A stretch of 20,000 bases of DNA from an uncultured virus (IMG/VR IMGVR_UViG_3300023227_000005) (IMGVR_UViG_3300023227_000005), one strand, 5' to 3'; positions 1 through 8,564 are shown, counted from the stretch's first letter. The notes: generated from the sequence alone by a model not told the origin. Made by a program: numbers and translations.

Positions 1-699
1 CTTATACTCAGACTCTATAATTTGCACTCCACACCATTTTGCGAACCGGGCAAACCAAGGCAAAGACTTTGGTACTAGCACGTTAGCCAACCTAACGCTT
101 GATCCGTGTAGCTTAGCTGAGACAAAACAGTAGTCGTCAGGCTTCCAAGCTTGTAGGTTCCTTAGAAGCTGTGGTGTCTCATGGTGTTCAGGCAAAAGTT
201 TTGGATCTACTTTCTGAACTTTAGCTTGACCCTTAGTCTTGTTTGAATCACCCTTGGGACTAAGAACCTGTTTGATATACTTAGAAACAACCAAGTTTCC
301 ATTAATATGGGTGAAAGAGTCTCCGACCTTGAGGTCATTAACGTTCACATCCAAGTATGAAAGGCATGATAAAGGAAGGAAAAGGGCGTTAGACACATGG
401 CCGCGAAGCTTAATAGCTCGAACTCTAGCGTTGTCTCCAAGATAACCCTTAGCCTCTTTGTTGCGGTTCAACTCAGAGTGTGCATGAAGGTCGTTGTATG
501 CAGCAAGGTCGAGGGCAAGCTGGCACTCAGTAGGAAACAAAATCCCTACATCGCCAACTTCATAAGTACCTCGCGACACCACTGCCTGCATACCAAAGTG
601 AGAGATACCCACCAATCGATCTGCATTCTCAAGGTCGAGAAGGTTTCCAATTTTAACTACTACTGCTGAGTAGTTCTCGTTATCGTTTGTAAGTTTCAT
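1..699 (-). CDS. ATP-dependent RNA ligase, DRB0094/Rnl5-like family (runs off the window's left edge)
   Basis: Manual translation, absent from the ORF track: MKLTNDNENYSAVVVKIGNLLDLENADRLVGISHFGMQAVVSRGTYEVGDVGILFPTEC...RVRAIKLRGHVSNALFLP...LPEHHETPQL...VSAKLHGSSVR. N-terminal ADRL/GxxxVGD/KLRGxxS motifs plus ligase motif I KxHG. GGAGG SD upstream of ATG 699; 233 codons open to the window edge. Confidence 0.85.
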   Translation of the reverse strand, partial: MKLTNDNENYSAVVVKIGNLLDLENADRLVGISHFGMQAVVSRGTYEVGDVGILFPTECQLALDLAAYNDLHAHSELNRNKEAKGYLGDNARVRAIKLRGHVSNALFLPLSCLSYLDVNVNDLKVGDSFTHINGNLVVSKYIKQVLSPKGDSNKTKGQAKVQKVDPKLLPEHHETPQLLRNLQAWKPDDYCFVSAKLHGSSVRLANVLVPKSLPWFARFAKWCGVQIIESEYK

Positions 700-701
700 G
701 A

Positions 702-866
702 TTAGGCCTCCAAAACCCAGTTACCAATTCCAAAAGCGATTGTTCCAAGTCCAAGCACAAGCACTCCAAAACCTGGAGACGCAAAGCCACAGTCTACTGC
801 AACAATAAAAATTCCTACCACAATAATGGCCTTCTTTCATGTTTGTATTATACAGGAGGTCTGCAT
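702..866 (-). pseudogene. Small membrane protein gene interrupted by an in-frame TGA (837-839) or a 1-nt frameshift
   Basis: MQTSCIIQT*KKAIIVVGIFIVAVDCGFASPGFGVLVLGLGTIAFGIGNWVLEA*. It fills the gap exactly between neighbours (ATG 1 nt after the upstream TAA). Alternative reading: ATG 840 with one extra A giving MKKAIIVV... Confidence 0.45.
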
Positions 867-867
867 C

Positions 868-1266
868 TTATTCTACTGGCTCCGTATATGTTCCGAAAAA
901 CTCTAGGTCAATACCAGCAGCGTTGAACTTGCGAATCAACTTACGCTCACGTTGTTTTCGTGTAATCTTTGTGTCATCGTTGACTGTGACGCAGTCTTCG
1001 GTAAACTTAGTGTTGCAAATAAAACCAGCTCCATTCTTCTCTGTTAGTGGAGAGATAACAGTACCAATGCCATCTGGTTCTCCACATCGCATAACTTTTT
1101 CATTACTGATCTTGCCGATCTGCTTAGCGGCAAAGCCAAGGCAACACATAAAGCCCTCTTCATTCAATAGTAAGGTGCTGCCCTCTCCTGTATGCAATCC
1201 TGGGGCTTCTTCTCCGGTTCGCCACTTGGAGCGATTGATTCTTACCTTCTTTGTAAATGTCTTCAT
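868..1266 (-). CDS. Phage hypothetical protein with MCCLG motif
   Basis: 132-aa ORF, ATGA overlap with the upstream gene; LLNEEGFMCCLGF motif of a type seen in uncharacterised phage proteins. Confidence 0.8.
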   Translation of the reverse strand: MKTFTKKVRINRSKWRTGEEAPGLHTGEGSTLLLNEEGFMCCLGFAAKQIGKISNEKVMRCGEPDGIGTVISPLTEKNGAGFICNTKFTEDCVTVNDDTKITRKQRERKLIRKFNAAGIDLEFFGTYTEPVE

Positions 1267-1529
1267 TGCTTTTTACTCCATCGTTTTTTGTCTGCGGTTG
1301 ACGGTCCCTCTTCATAGCCAGTTTCATAACCCTTGACATAGATAGGGTCGATCTCTTGAAAGCTAATCTCTTGGATCTCGTCGTTGCGAGGTCTCTCTTT
1401 CGGGTCTGTCAACCAATCGATATCAGAGTCAAGATCTGCCCAGTTGTCAAACCGACCAGACTCTCTACCATGCTTAAAGCGACGGTTGTTTTCCATTTCT
1501 CCCATGTCTTCTGCTACTTCTGCACCCAT
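1263..1529 (-). CDS. Hypothetical protein (acidic, 88 aa)
   Basis: ORF track 1263..1541; start moved to ATG 1529, which follows a GGAG SD. Confidence 0.75.
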   Translation of the reverse strand: MGAEVAEDMGEMENNRRFKHGRESGRFDNWADLDSDIDWLTDPKERPRNDEIQEISFQEIDPIYVKGYETGYEEGPSTADKKRWSKKQ

Positions 1530-1530
1530 G

Positions 1531-2013
1531 TTATTCTCCAATCATTTCAACTCTAAGGTCGGTTAACAAAAAGCCTAACCAATTCAGGCCCTTCCACTTG
1601 TTCATGTCCGTAATGTCTGGATCATCACCAGACATACCAACGCCCCAAATTTTATCATAGGGGCTAGCTTCTACTAACACTCTACCGGCGGTGCCTTCTA
1701 GCTCTAGTTTAAGCAGAACACTTTGGGCAAACTTTGCCTTTAGTCCAGCCTTAACAATTCCCCTCGCTACGCAGGCCCAGTCTGTCTCATCAAAGTTTTC
1801 AATAGACCTGCCCAACGCTTTCTGTTCTTTTGGATCTTTAACATCCATGACCTTTCTAGCTGTAGCTCTGTCCTTAAAAAACAAAGCCTTTTGAACCATC
1901 ATAAACTGCTCAACACAGTTAAACTCAATCAGTCTATCATCTAAAGTTGGAGCCGTAAATAAACAGCGATGCCAATTGCTAAACGGCCCGCCCCAAAATG
2001 GTAATACCTTCAT
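1531..2013 (-). CDS. NADAR family protein (YbiA / T4 gp30.3-like N-glycosidase, ADP-ribosyl hydrolase)
   Basis: Motifs FSNW, VEQFMMVQKALFFKD, KALGR, KAKFAQ, LVEASPYDKIWGVG, WKGLNWLG. Confidence 0.93.
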   Translation of the reverse strand: MKVLPFWGGPFSNWHRCLFTAPTLDDRLIEFNCVEQFMMVQKALFFKDRATARKVMDVKDPKEQKALGRSIENFDETDWACVARGIVKAGLKAKFAQSVLLKLELEGTAGRVLVEASPYDKIWGVGMSGDDPDITDMNKWKGLNWLGFLLTDLRVEMIGE

Positions 2014-2480
2014 GATTCCTCGCTTATTTGCTTTTTGTTTCTATCATAAATTTCAAACTCTCCACCCCAAAGATCGAGAGAAAAAAACTCGTCGTCATCT
2101 TCAAGGTATTGTTTTCCAAAAACTGATATGACTTTCTTTCGTAGATCATGCTCGAACTGTTCTGCATTGAAGCCGTTATATTCGTTATCGCCTCCCTCCA
2201 TTTCTGGGTAGAAGGACATAATGGCATACTCATTCTCGTGGTCCTGTGCCCACTCTTCTGATCTTCCGTCATCAATGGCGTCTTTGTAGTTTTGCCCCTT
2301 AGCGTTGAGATAAATACTATCAAATGCAACGCCATTAAAGCCCTTGCTTTTTAATTCTTTATACAAGGCCTCTGCTTTTGATCTTACGCTCATCTTTTTA
2401 TCATCCTTATTGCTTGTTCTTTGGTGGGCGTATCCTTCATGAATGTCCAACGCCGTGACTATATGTCTAAACTCTAACAT
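2010..2480 (-). CDS. Hypothetical protein (acidic)
   Basis: ORF with GGGGGAG SD before ATG 2480; ATGA overlap with NADAR. Confidence 0.75.
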   Translation of the reverse strand: MLEFRHIVTALDIHEGYAHQRTSNKDDKKMSVRSKAEALYKELKSKGFNGVAFDSIYLNAKGQNYKDAIDDGRSEEWAQDHENEYAIMSFYPEMEGGDNEYNGFNAEQFEHDLRKKVISVFGKQYLEDDDEFFSLDLWGGEFEIYDRNKKQISEES

Positions 2481-2490
2481 TATCTCCCCC

Positions 2491-2514
2491 AAAAGCAGAG
2501 GCCGAAACCTCTGC
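2491..2514 (-). terminator. Putative intrinsic terminator or stabilising hairpin downstream of cca
   Basis: Minus strand GCAGAGGT-TTCG-GCCTCTGC-TTTT: UUCG-loop stem with a short U tract. Confidence 0.65.
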
Positions 2515-2519
2515 TGTGT

Positions 2520-3860
2520 TTATACAAGTGCCAAACCGTCTTCAAGTGTATGAAACTCACCATCAAGCTGTGCTTGATAGCATCGATCAAGAATATCCTT
2601 GAACTTAGGTCCAGGCTCCATTTCCATAGCAACCAAGTGTCTACCCTTAACGATAGGATCAGGCTTACCAGTCATTAGGTCTAAACCCTCTGACAGTTCT
2701 TGGATCTTAGCAGCCGTAGCAGGAACGCCCTTAGGCAAAGGATGTCGACCACTGTGATCGGCCTCTATCAACCTAACAAGCATAGCGATGTTCGATGGTG
2801 CAACACGCACAGCCAATCGTCGCACAAGCCTGTTGTTAGGCTCAACTCCGATATGAGACATGTGCTCCACAACCAAAGGAACAACCTTCTTGACTACAGA
2901 CTCGCCGAAGCCCATTCTTGCAAGCAAGCTTCTCGTAAGGTCAGCACCCTCTTCTGCATGGCCAGGAGATCTCCATCTCTCATCACGCATGACCGTAGTA
3001 TTAGCTTTACCTAAGTCGTGGCACAATGCCGCTAGCATCAATACCAAACGATCATCGTCGTTAAGCTTATCACGTACTGCAATATCTCTAGCTGCATCGC
3101 AGACTAGGGAGGTATGGGTGAGACAGTCGCCCTCGGGATGCCATTCAGCGTCTTGTGGTAAGCCAACGAGTGCATGAAGCTCTGGAAACAGTTCTATCCA
3201 CTTAGTATCACGCAAGAAGTACAGTCCAGCACTAGGCTTGACAGACTTCAACGCCCACTTCAACACTTCTCCGTAGATACGCTCAGTAGAGATAGTATGA
3301 GCTTCTGACAACAAACTCTTACACATCAGAGAGGTACTAGGATCGACAGTAAGGTTAAACCTAGAAGCAAATTGAAACCCTCTAAGAGTTCTAAGAGGAT
3401 CTTGGGCAAATTTGTCACTAGTCGCCCTCAGAACTCTATTTTTAAGATCCTCAACTCCACCAAACGGATCAAACAAGTTTCCATCACAATCTTTAGAGAT
3501 ACTATTGATAGTAAAATCTCTACGACTCGCAGCTTCTGTTATGGTCATATTGTGATCCACCTCTACTGTAAAGCCTTGGTGACCATCGGCCACCTTACTG
3601 TCACGTCTCGGTAAAGTAAAGTCGAAGTCGTCATCTGGAGTAGTCAATTTGATTACACCAAACGACACTCCAACGCAATCGACCTTACCAAAAGGTTTAA
3701 GGACAGTGATAAGCTCGTCAGCGGACAGGCCGTACACTTCAACGTCAATGTCTTTGCTGTTTTTAATACCCAGGATTTCATCCCTCACACAGCCACCAAC
3801 GAACAAAGGGCGACCACCAACCCTAGTAACCGCGTCTAATATCTCTTGCATGTGCGTCAT
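2520..3860 (-). CDS. cca: Multifunctional CCA tRNA nucleotidyltransferase (class II) with HD phosphatase domain
   Basis: VGGCVRD, DIDVE, RRDFTIN, DPLRTLRGFQFASR and ERI motifs; HD domain WHPEGDCLTHT...LCHDLGK...GHAEEG...EHM...ADHSGR. Confidence 0.93.
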   Translation of the reverse strand: MTHMQEILDAVTRVGGRPLFVGGCVRDEILGIKNSKDIDVEVYGLSADELITVLKPFGKVDCVGVSFGVIKLTTPDDDFDFTLPRRDSKVADGHQGFTVEVDHNMTITEAASRRDFTINSISKDCDGNLFDPFGGVEDLKNRVLRATSDKFAQDPLRTLRGFQFASRFNLTVDPSTSLMCKSLLSEAHTISTERIYGEVLKWALKSVKPSAGLYFLRDTKWIELFPELHALVGLPQDAEWHPEGDCLTHTSLVCDAARDIAVRDKLNDDDRLVLMLAALCHDLGKANTTVMRDERWRSPGHAEEGADLTRSLLARMGFGESVVKKVVPLVVEHMSHIGVEPNNRLVRRLAVRVAPSNIAMLVRLIEADHSGRHPLPKGVPATAAKIQELSEGLDLMTGKPDPIVKGRHLVAMEMEPGPKFKDILDRCYQAQLDGEFHTLEDGLALV

Positions 3861-3948
3861 TGTATCTACCTTTCTTGATTTTGATTAGAACGAGCCACAT
3901 AAAGAAGTGGACCAATACACATAACACCGCAGGCCATAAGATTGGCAT
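3823..3948 (-). CDS. Small membrane protein (41 aa)
   Basis: MPILWPAVLCVLVHFFMWLVLIKIKKGRY...; TGATG coupling with the upstream gene; one hydrophobic helix followed by basic residues. Confidence 0.55.
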   Translation of the reverse strand: MPILWPAVLCVLVHFFMWLVLIKIKKGRYNDAHARDIRRGY

Positions 3949-4280
3949 CAATACCCCTCCGCTAACTCACAACACACCCAAAAAGACGTGTGGTTACGAA
4001 TGGAAGAAGACTCAGGCATACCAAACCAAACCTCACCAGCAATACGCATGATCTTGTCTGCTTCGTATTGCCTATATCCAACAACTGGATCTTCTGTAAC
4101 TTCTTTCTTAATTTGCTTACGCACTATAACACAAGCCTCTTCCTCCGCTTTGGCGGTGATGTTTCCATTGTGCCGATGGTTACTGTAATAAGGATGAAAT
4201 TCCCTAATGGCTGCAATCATAACGTCTTCGTTACTGCGTGCAACTTCTAGGTACTTGTCAACACAATCTTGTTCGTTCAT
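3948..4280 (-). CDS. Hypothetical protein (110 aa)
   Basis: MNEQDCVDKY...; start placed at ATG 4280, immediately after the stop of the upstream small ORF. Confidence 0.75.
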   Translation of the reverse strand: MNEQDCVDKYLEVARSNEDVMIAAIREFHPYYSNHRHNGNITAKAEEEACVIVRKQIKKEVTEDPVVGYRQYEADKIMRIAGEVWFGMPESSSIRNHTSFWVCCELAEGY

Positions 4281-4281
4281 T

Positions 4282-4437
4282 TTACTTCTCGTAGTTTTGA
4301 TTTCTGAGGACGAACCTAGTGAAAACGCACAGGCCCTTAACAAACAAGCCAGCTTTTCCGCTCTCAATGATTGTGGTCAAGCACCTTATCCCGATTCGTC
4401 TGTGTCCGTCTGCGATCCGGTCTTTTTCCTTTGTCAT
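4282..4437 (-). CDS. Leaderless hypothetical protein (51 aa)
   Basis: MTKEKDRIADGHRRIGIRCLTTIIESGKAGLFVKGLCVFTRFVLRNQNYEK*; ATG 6 nt downstream of TATAAT. Confidence 0.55.
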   Translation of the reverse strand: MTKEKDRIADGHRRIGIRCLTTIIESGKAGLFVKGLCVFTRFVLRNQNYEK

Positions 4438-4443
4438 GCCTAG

Positions 4444-4471
4444 ATTATACTCGCGATGCTCGACATGTCAA
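4444..4471 (-). promoter_or_regulatory. Sigma70-like promoter TTGACA-N16-TATAAT
   Basis: Perfect hexamers; A/T-rich upstream. Confidence 0.8.
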
Positions 4472-4493
4472 GGCTAAAGTTTTAGATTTTGTC

Positions 4494-4673
4494 TTAAAAC
4501 CAGCTTTTATTTTGCTCTTCAAGAATGATCTCTTTTGAAAGGTATAGCCCCCTAGAGACACCATCAAGGAAGGCGGCTTCGATAGCCTCTTCTTTTGTCT
4601 TGTCTTTGTCTAGTAGGATCTTCAACTCTTTGACTCTAACCTTTAGCTCTTCTGTTGCTCTATTACTACTCAT
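4494..4673 (-). CDS. Hypothetical protein (59 aa)
   Basis: MSSNRATEELKVRVKELKILLDKDKTKEEAIEAAFLDGVSRGLYLSKEIILEEQNKSWF*; AAGGA SD. Confidence 0.7.
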   Translation of the reverse strand: MSSNRATEELKVRVKELKILLDKDKTKEEAIEAAFLDGVSRGLYLSKEIILEEQNKSWF

Positions 4674-4753
4674 GCTTGTCTAATCCTTTCTTTTAATTGC
4701 GTGGTGGATGTGATCTCAGCTACGTCTGGCACCAACACCAAACTGATTCTCAT
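4670..4753 (-). CDS. Possible 27-aa micro-ORF
   Basis: MRISLVLVPDVAEITSTTQLKERIRQA*; starts directly after the upstream TAA and ends in an ATGA overlap. Confidence 0.4.
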   Translation of the reverse strand: MRISLVLVPDVAEITSTTQLKERIRQA

Positions 4754-5185
4754 TTAATCTTCCAACTCTTTTTCGATAGCTTCTAGCTCCATCTTTGCCC
4801 GAAGTTCAGGACTGATGATCTTATCTAGTCTTTCTTCAAGCTTGGCAAGGTTTCTCTTGTCCTTGTCGATGTTGATCTTGTTGACACGAGTCTTGATATC
4901 GCTCATCCAATCGTTAGGAGAGTAGTCACACACTACGCAGTCTTCTTTGACTCCTAGCTCTTCAATTACCTCTTTCCAGCTGGTCTCTCTAGCACGTACT
5001 GCACTAGCGATAGAGACAAGCTCAGAGACGGTCTGTAGCGTCCTGATGTTGATCTTGTCTCCGCCCAGGGTAAAGACACAATTGGTCTTCCAAGATGGAT
5101 TCTCGACCTTTTGAATCTGAGACTTCTTCTCTTTGACTTTTTCAATAAGAAGCAGAACGGTTTGGTCTTGTGCTGGTTTGGTCAT
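4754..5185 (-). CDS. Hypothetical coiled-coil protein (143 aa)
   Basis: MTKPAQDQ...LEERLDKIISPELRAKMELEAIEKELED; ATGA overlap with the upstream gene. Confidence 0.8.
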   Translation of the reverse strand: MTKPAQDQTVLLLIEKVKEKKSQIQKVENPSWKTNCVFTLGGDKINIRTLQTVSELVSIASAVRARETSWKEVIEELGVKEDCVVCDYSPNDWMSDIKTRVNKINIDKDKRNLAKLEERLDKIISPELRAKMELEAIEKELED

Positions 5186-5514
5186 GATTTCCCTAAGGCT
5201 GATAGTAGTGCTTCTTCCCAACAACACCCGCCGTTGTAGTATTGTAGAGTATATGTATAAGATCCGTCTTCTTGCATTTCTGCGTCAAAAATACCAGAGT
5301 CAAGATCTTCTATTGCTTTGTTGTCTGCAACCCAAACTGTGTCATCAATCACAAGAGCCTTTTTATAATACTCTTCGTTGAACCATTCTTCTACCGATCT
5401 CCAAGACAGGTCGTCTGAGTCTGGTTGCTTGTCCTGAGGCAAAGTAAGAATAAAGGCAGAAACAGTGAGGCCAGTGTCTCTTAGTGTGCCATGGTGGTGT
5501 TCTGTTCTACTCAC
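5182..5514 (-). CDS. Hypothetical protein (110 aa)
   Basis: GTG start overlapping the upstream stop; C-terminal YYNGGCCWEEAL motif. Confidence 0.75.
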   Translation of the reverse strand: MSRTEHHHGTLRDTGLTVSAFILTLPQDKQPDSDDLSWRSVEEWFNEEYYKKALVIDDTVWVADNKAIEDLDSGIFDAEMQEDGSYTYTLQYYNGGCCWEEALLSALGKS

Positions 5515-5902
5515 CTTTCACCTCGTCTTGGTGTGCAAGTTCCATTCGATGGCGAATAACGTCAGAGTATTTAGAAGCAGCATCGTCAAAGTCCTCAAGG
5601 GCCTCCTTTAGCTCTTTCGAAGTCTTTCCGTCCCTACATGCGTCCATAGCACACTCAATAGCAAAGTTCGCAACCGTCATTGTGTCAAATTGTTCCATCT
5701 TTTTCTCCTTCTCGAAGTGCTCATTTAACTGGTCATCCCAGTCTTTATTTCTTTTATCTAGCTCATCCGCAATTACCCTTAGATTCCAAGAGGACAAAGC
5801 ACCACCTCCGCTTGACCCATAGTAATAAAATCCATCTTCAAGTGGAAAAATATCACCAGCCTCGTCAACTCTTTGTATTATCTTCTGTGCTTCCTGATTC
5901 AT
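5507..5902 (-). CDS. Hypothetical protein, probably an in-frame fusion of two small genes (second start at 5698)
   Basis: MNQEAQKII...LRVIADELDKRN...KEKK then MEQFDTM...; internal ATG 5698 has its own GGAG SD; the ORF track extends the frame to 6001. Confidence 0.65.
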   Translation of the reverse strand: MNQEAQKIIQRVDEAGDIFPLEDGFYYYGSSGGGALSSWNLRVIADELDKRNKDWDDQLNEHFEKEKKMEQFDTMTVANFAIECAMDACRDGKTSKELKEALEDFDDAASKYSDVIRHRMELAHQDEVKGE

Positions 5903-6145
5903 TTTTACAACTTTATAACGAGGAAACTTCGTAGCTAAATGATAGCAACCATAGAATGGTAACCAAACCAAACCAAGAGAAACCCCAAGGACTAACAGCA
6001 AAGGCTACCCCAAAGAAACAGCGAGAGAGTTACAAATAATATCTGTTTGCTTATCTTTAATGATGATATTTTCTGGCTCATAAATATACATCAGGACTGT
6101 AAAACAAACCAAAACGCTAACAATCCAGATAACAAAGTAAGTCAT
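5903..6145 (-). pseudogene. Membrane protein gene with in-frame TAG at 6005-6007
   Basis: MTYFVIWIVSVLVCFTVLMYIYEP...SLAVSLG*PLLLVLGVSLGLVWLPFYGCYHLATKF...; ATGA-coupled start; the hydrophobic pattern continues across the stop. Confidence 0.55.
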
Positions 6146-6450
6146 ACTAATCCCTTTTTCATTTGAACGAACATAGAGCCATAACGCTCTTTGAAGTCTT
6201 TCTTCCGTTGTGTGATACCAGTGTCAATCTCATGCAGGTCCAAGTGAATACTATCCTCGATAGTGTCAAACTCTCCGTGCATAGACTTAGAAAAGCTAAT
6301 TAGCTCTTGAAATGAGTATTCAATTTGAGTCTCAACTTCTGCCACCTCATATCCCAGCGAGTTAGGGCCGATCCACTCAATCATCATGCCAAGTCTCTTT
6401 ACTAGGGCATTGACATAACGCTTGTTGCCTTTGGCTATTGTAAACTTCAT
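6142..6450 (-). CDS. Hypothetical protein (102 aa)
   Basis: ORF with ATGA overlaps at both ends. Confidence 0.75.
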   Translation of the reverse strand: MKFTIAKGNKRYVNALVKRLGMMIEWIGPNSLGYEVAEVETQIEYSFQELISFSKSMHGEFDTIEDSIHLDLHEIDTGITQRKKDFKERYGSMFVQMKKGLV

Positions 6451-6920
6451 ACTTTCTTATTCTCCAATCTAGCCTTACACTTTAGACAACGGTAACTGCT
6501 AGAACGCTTACGATAGCTGCCTCCACCAACCCACAAACAGCGAGGGCACTCTAGCATCCATTTGTAAGGGGCTCGCAGGTCCAGTGGCACGTTTGTGCAA
6601 GTTTCTGGTCTAGCACCCATCTGTTTCGCTGCACGCTTCCAGACCTGACCGTGGCCATTTCCAGGACCGACAAGAGCGTGGGCTACCTCGTGGCGGATTG
6701 TGTTCTCAGCATAGTGAGGGCATCGGTCAAGTACCCAGCTTGAAAGCTGAATTGTCTTCTTACGATAGCTACACATGCCTAAACGACGATTAGATCTGTT
6801 GTTAACCTCAAAACGCCATACGTTTAGGTTCTGCTCTTTTAAGAGACGGTCCGCCAACTGATACGCATCAACGTATGTAATAATCTGACTCACACTATTC
6901 CTTTGTTCTTTTGTTTTCAT
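6447..6920 (-). CDS. SprT-like zinc metalloprotease
   Basis: RRLGMCSY, TIRHEVAHAL (HExxH), GHGQVWK, C-terminal CPRC...CLKC zinc ribbon; leaderless ATG 6920 lies 6 nt after the -10 box. Confidence 0.88.
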   Translation of the reverse strand: MKTKEQRNSVSQIITYVDAYQLADRLLKEQNLNVWRFEVNNRSNRRLGMCSYRKKTIQLSSWVLDRCPHYAENTIRHEVAHALVGPGNGHGQVWKRAAKQMGARPETCTNVPLDLRAPYKWMLECPRCLWVGGGSYRKRSSSYRCLKCKARLENKKV

Positions 6921-6926
6921 GTTGTC

Positions 6927-6954
6927 ACTATACACAGAGACTTAGAAATGTCAA
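6927..6954 (-). promoter_or_regulatory. Sigma70-like promoter TTGACA-N16-TATAGT
   Basis: Near-consensus hexamers, AT-rich upstream. Confidence 0.75.
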
Positions 6955-7036
6955 GAGGCAAAATAAAAGAAAATTAAGATAAAACCTGATTTTGAGTGAT
7001 TATTATACACTAAAATGATCGTAGCAGTCTCCAAAT

Positions 7037-7966
7037 TTATTTAGGAGCATGAATGACGGGCAAACCATTGCCACAAGAAGGTCTGGCTTTATTTGGATTC
7101 TCTGTAAACCACTCTTGGACGTAATGAAGCTGGCCACATCCACCCCCGATATCATCTTGTCCAGCGGGGTCAAATACTCGCACATTATAACCCTTGGCTA
7201 ACATTTTGCCACTAAAGTCTACAGCTAAATCTCTTTGTCCATCACTTCTAGACGGAAGGCCCTCGTTACGCTCACAGATCACGCTAATCGTGCATTCCCA
7301 CACGTCGGGAGTGAACAGGACAGCAAGACGATCAGCATCTTCGTGAGTGCTATTATCCTCACCAGCACAGTAGTTAAAGAACGGCTTACGACCAGTGGCA
7401 TTGTACCACTTAGTTCCAAGCTCTGCAATCTCTTCAAGAGTCAACTTGGACTTGAATGGAATCAGTTTGTCACGATCTTCGTCTGTACTCTTGTGGACAG
7501 AGAACTGTAGTCCCACGTTCTCAAGGTCTATCGAAGCCTTGAAAAATTGATCCCAGTTAACGTCTGGTCCAATCGTACTCAATAGCAACTTGGCCGTTGG
7601 GTACATATTGTTCAGAATATAGAGGGCACTCACCATGTTCTTTTGGTTAAGCATAGGCTCGCCCATACTCATGAACATAATCTGCAATCGGTCCATTTCT
7701 TTAGATTCGACGCCGGTCTCATCCATACAGTGGACAACCTGTGCTACAATCTCATCCGCACTCAAACTACGGACAAAGTAATCCCCAGCACCACAGAAAC
7801 GACAACCAACAGGACAACCTGACTGACTAGAGCAGCAGATGACTGTGCGATCCTCGTAAGTAGGGTACTTATAGAGAACAGCCTCAGCTACGGCGTTGTC
7901 TTTCTTAAAGACATACTTAGCGACATTGCCCTCTGCACTGTCAATACGTTTAGTTTCATTCCACAT
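7037..7966 (-). CDS. rlmN: RlmN/Cfr-family radical-SAM RNA methyltransferase
   Basis: CCSSQSGCPVGCRFC (CxxxCxxC with preceding Cys), LSADEIVAQV, FMSMGEPMLN, LQFSVH, C-terminal DDIGGGCGQL (methyl-carrier Cys). Frame is open up to 8035; ATG 7966 preferred because of the GAGAG SD. Confidence 0.85.
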   Translation of the reverse strand: MWNETKRIDSAEGNVAKYVFKKDNAVAEAVLYKYPTYEDRTVICCSSQSGCPVGCRFCGAGDYFVRSLSADEIVAQVVHCMDETGVESKEMDRLQIMFMSMGEPMLNQKNMVSALYILNNMYPTAKLLLSTIGPDVNWDQFFKASIDLENVGLQFSVHKSTDEDRDKLIPFKSKLTLEEIAELGTKWYNATGRKPFFNYCAGEDNSTHEDADRLAVLFTPDVWECTISVICERNEGLPSRSDGQRDLAVDFSGKMLAKGYNVRVFDPAGQDDIGGGCGQLHYVQEWFTENPNKARPSCGNGLPVIHAPK

Positions 7967-8052
7967 CTTGTTTCTCTCTAATTGTAATGTCATAAATATA
8001 TCTACCGACATGAAACGGCAACAAAACCGGCTCATTGATGAGTCATGCTTTC

Positions 8053-8080
8053 ATTATACAGAATACAGACAGATAGTCAA
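8053..8080 (-). promoter_or_regulatory. Sigma70-like promoter TTGACT-N16-TATAAT
   Basis: Upstream of the rlmN-like gene. Confidence 0.75.
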
Positions 8081-8153
8081 CCCTAAATCCTAAAAATACC
8101 CAGAAACGCCCAGGAAGCCCCTGCGGCGGCGTGTTGATTGTTTGGGTAGTACC

Positions 8154-8564
8154 CTAAAGCAACGCATCTGAAATGTTAGAAGACTGAGTCTTGAACAGAT
8201 CGTATAGCATACACTCAGCGATTGTCTCAGATACAGCCTTAACCGCCTTCTGTGCGATCTCAGATACCTTGTCGGAAGTCCCGTGTGACAACTGGTCTCG
8301 GTAGACATCAACCCTACCATTCGCCTTCCTACCCTTGATCTCCATTGAGTAGTAGAATGTCACACACATTTTGTATGAATCTTCAACGACTGCCCACTTG
8401 AAATCAATGTCAAGACGATCAAAGCCTGACATAAGGATAGAATTAAGAGCCTTGTCTTTCATCTCTCCGTACAGTCTGATAGAATCATCAGTTGGTGCCC
8501 GATGTTCTGTGATGGTGACCTCTTGCTTGCCACCGCCGACGTATGTGTTTGTTGTGTTAAACAT
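8154..8564 (-). CDS. Hypothetical protein (136 aa)
   Basis: ITEHRAPTDDSIRLYGEM N-terminal segment; TAATG coupling. Confidence 0.8.
   Translation of the reverse strand: MFNTTNTYVGGGKQEVTITEHRAPTDDSIRLYGEMKDKALNSILMSGFDRLDIDFKWAVVEDSYKMCVTFYYSMEIKGRKANGRVDVYRDQLSHGTSDKVSEIAQKAVKAVSETIAECMLYDLFKTQSSNISDALL

Noticed and set aside
721..840. Leaderless Cys/Trp-rich ORF MKEGHYCGRNFYCC... after TATAAT at 847-852
   Set aside because: No -35 box, and the composition looks like an off-frame reading of the overlapping hydrophobic ORF.
7037..8035. Calling the radical-SAM gene cfr (antibiotic resistance)
   Set aside because: The MGEP motif is RlmN-like rather than Cfr-like (MGEA), and regiospecificity cannot be read from motifs alone.
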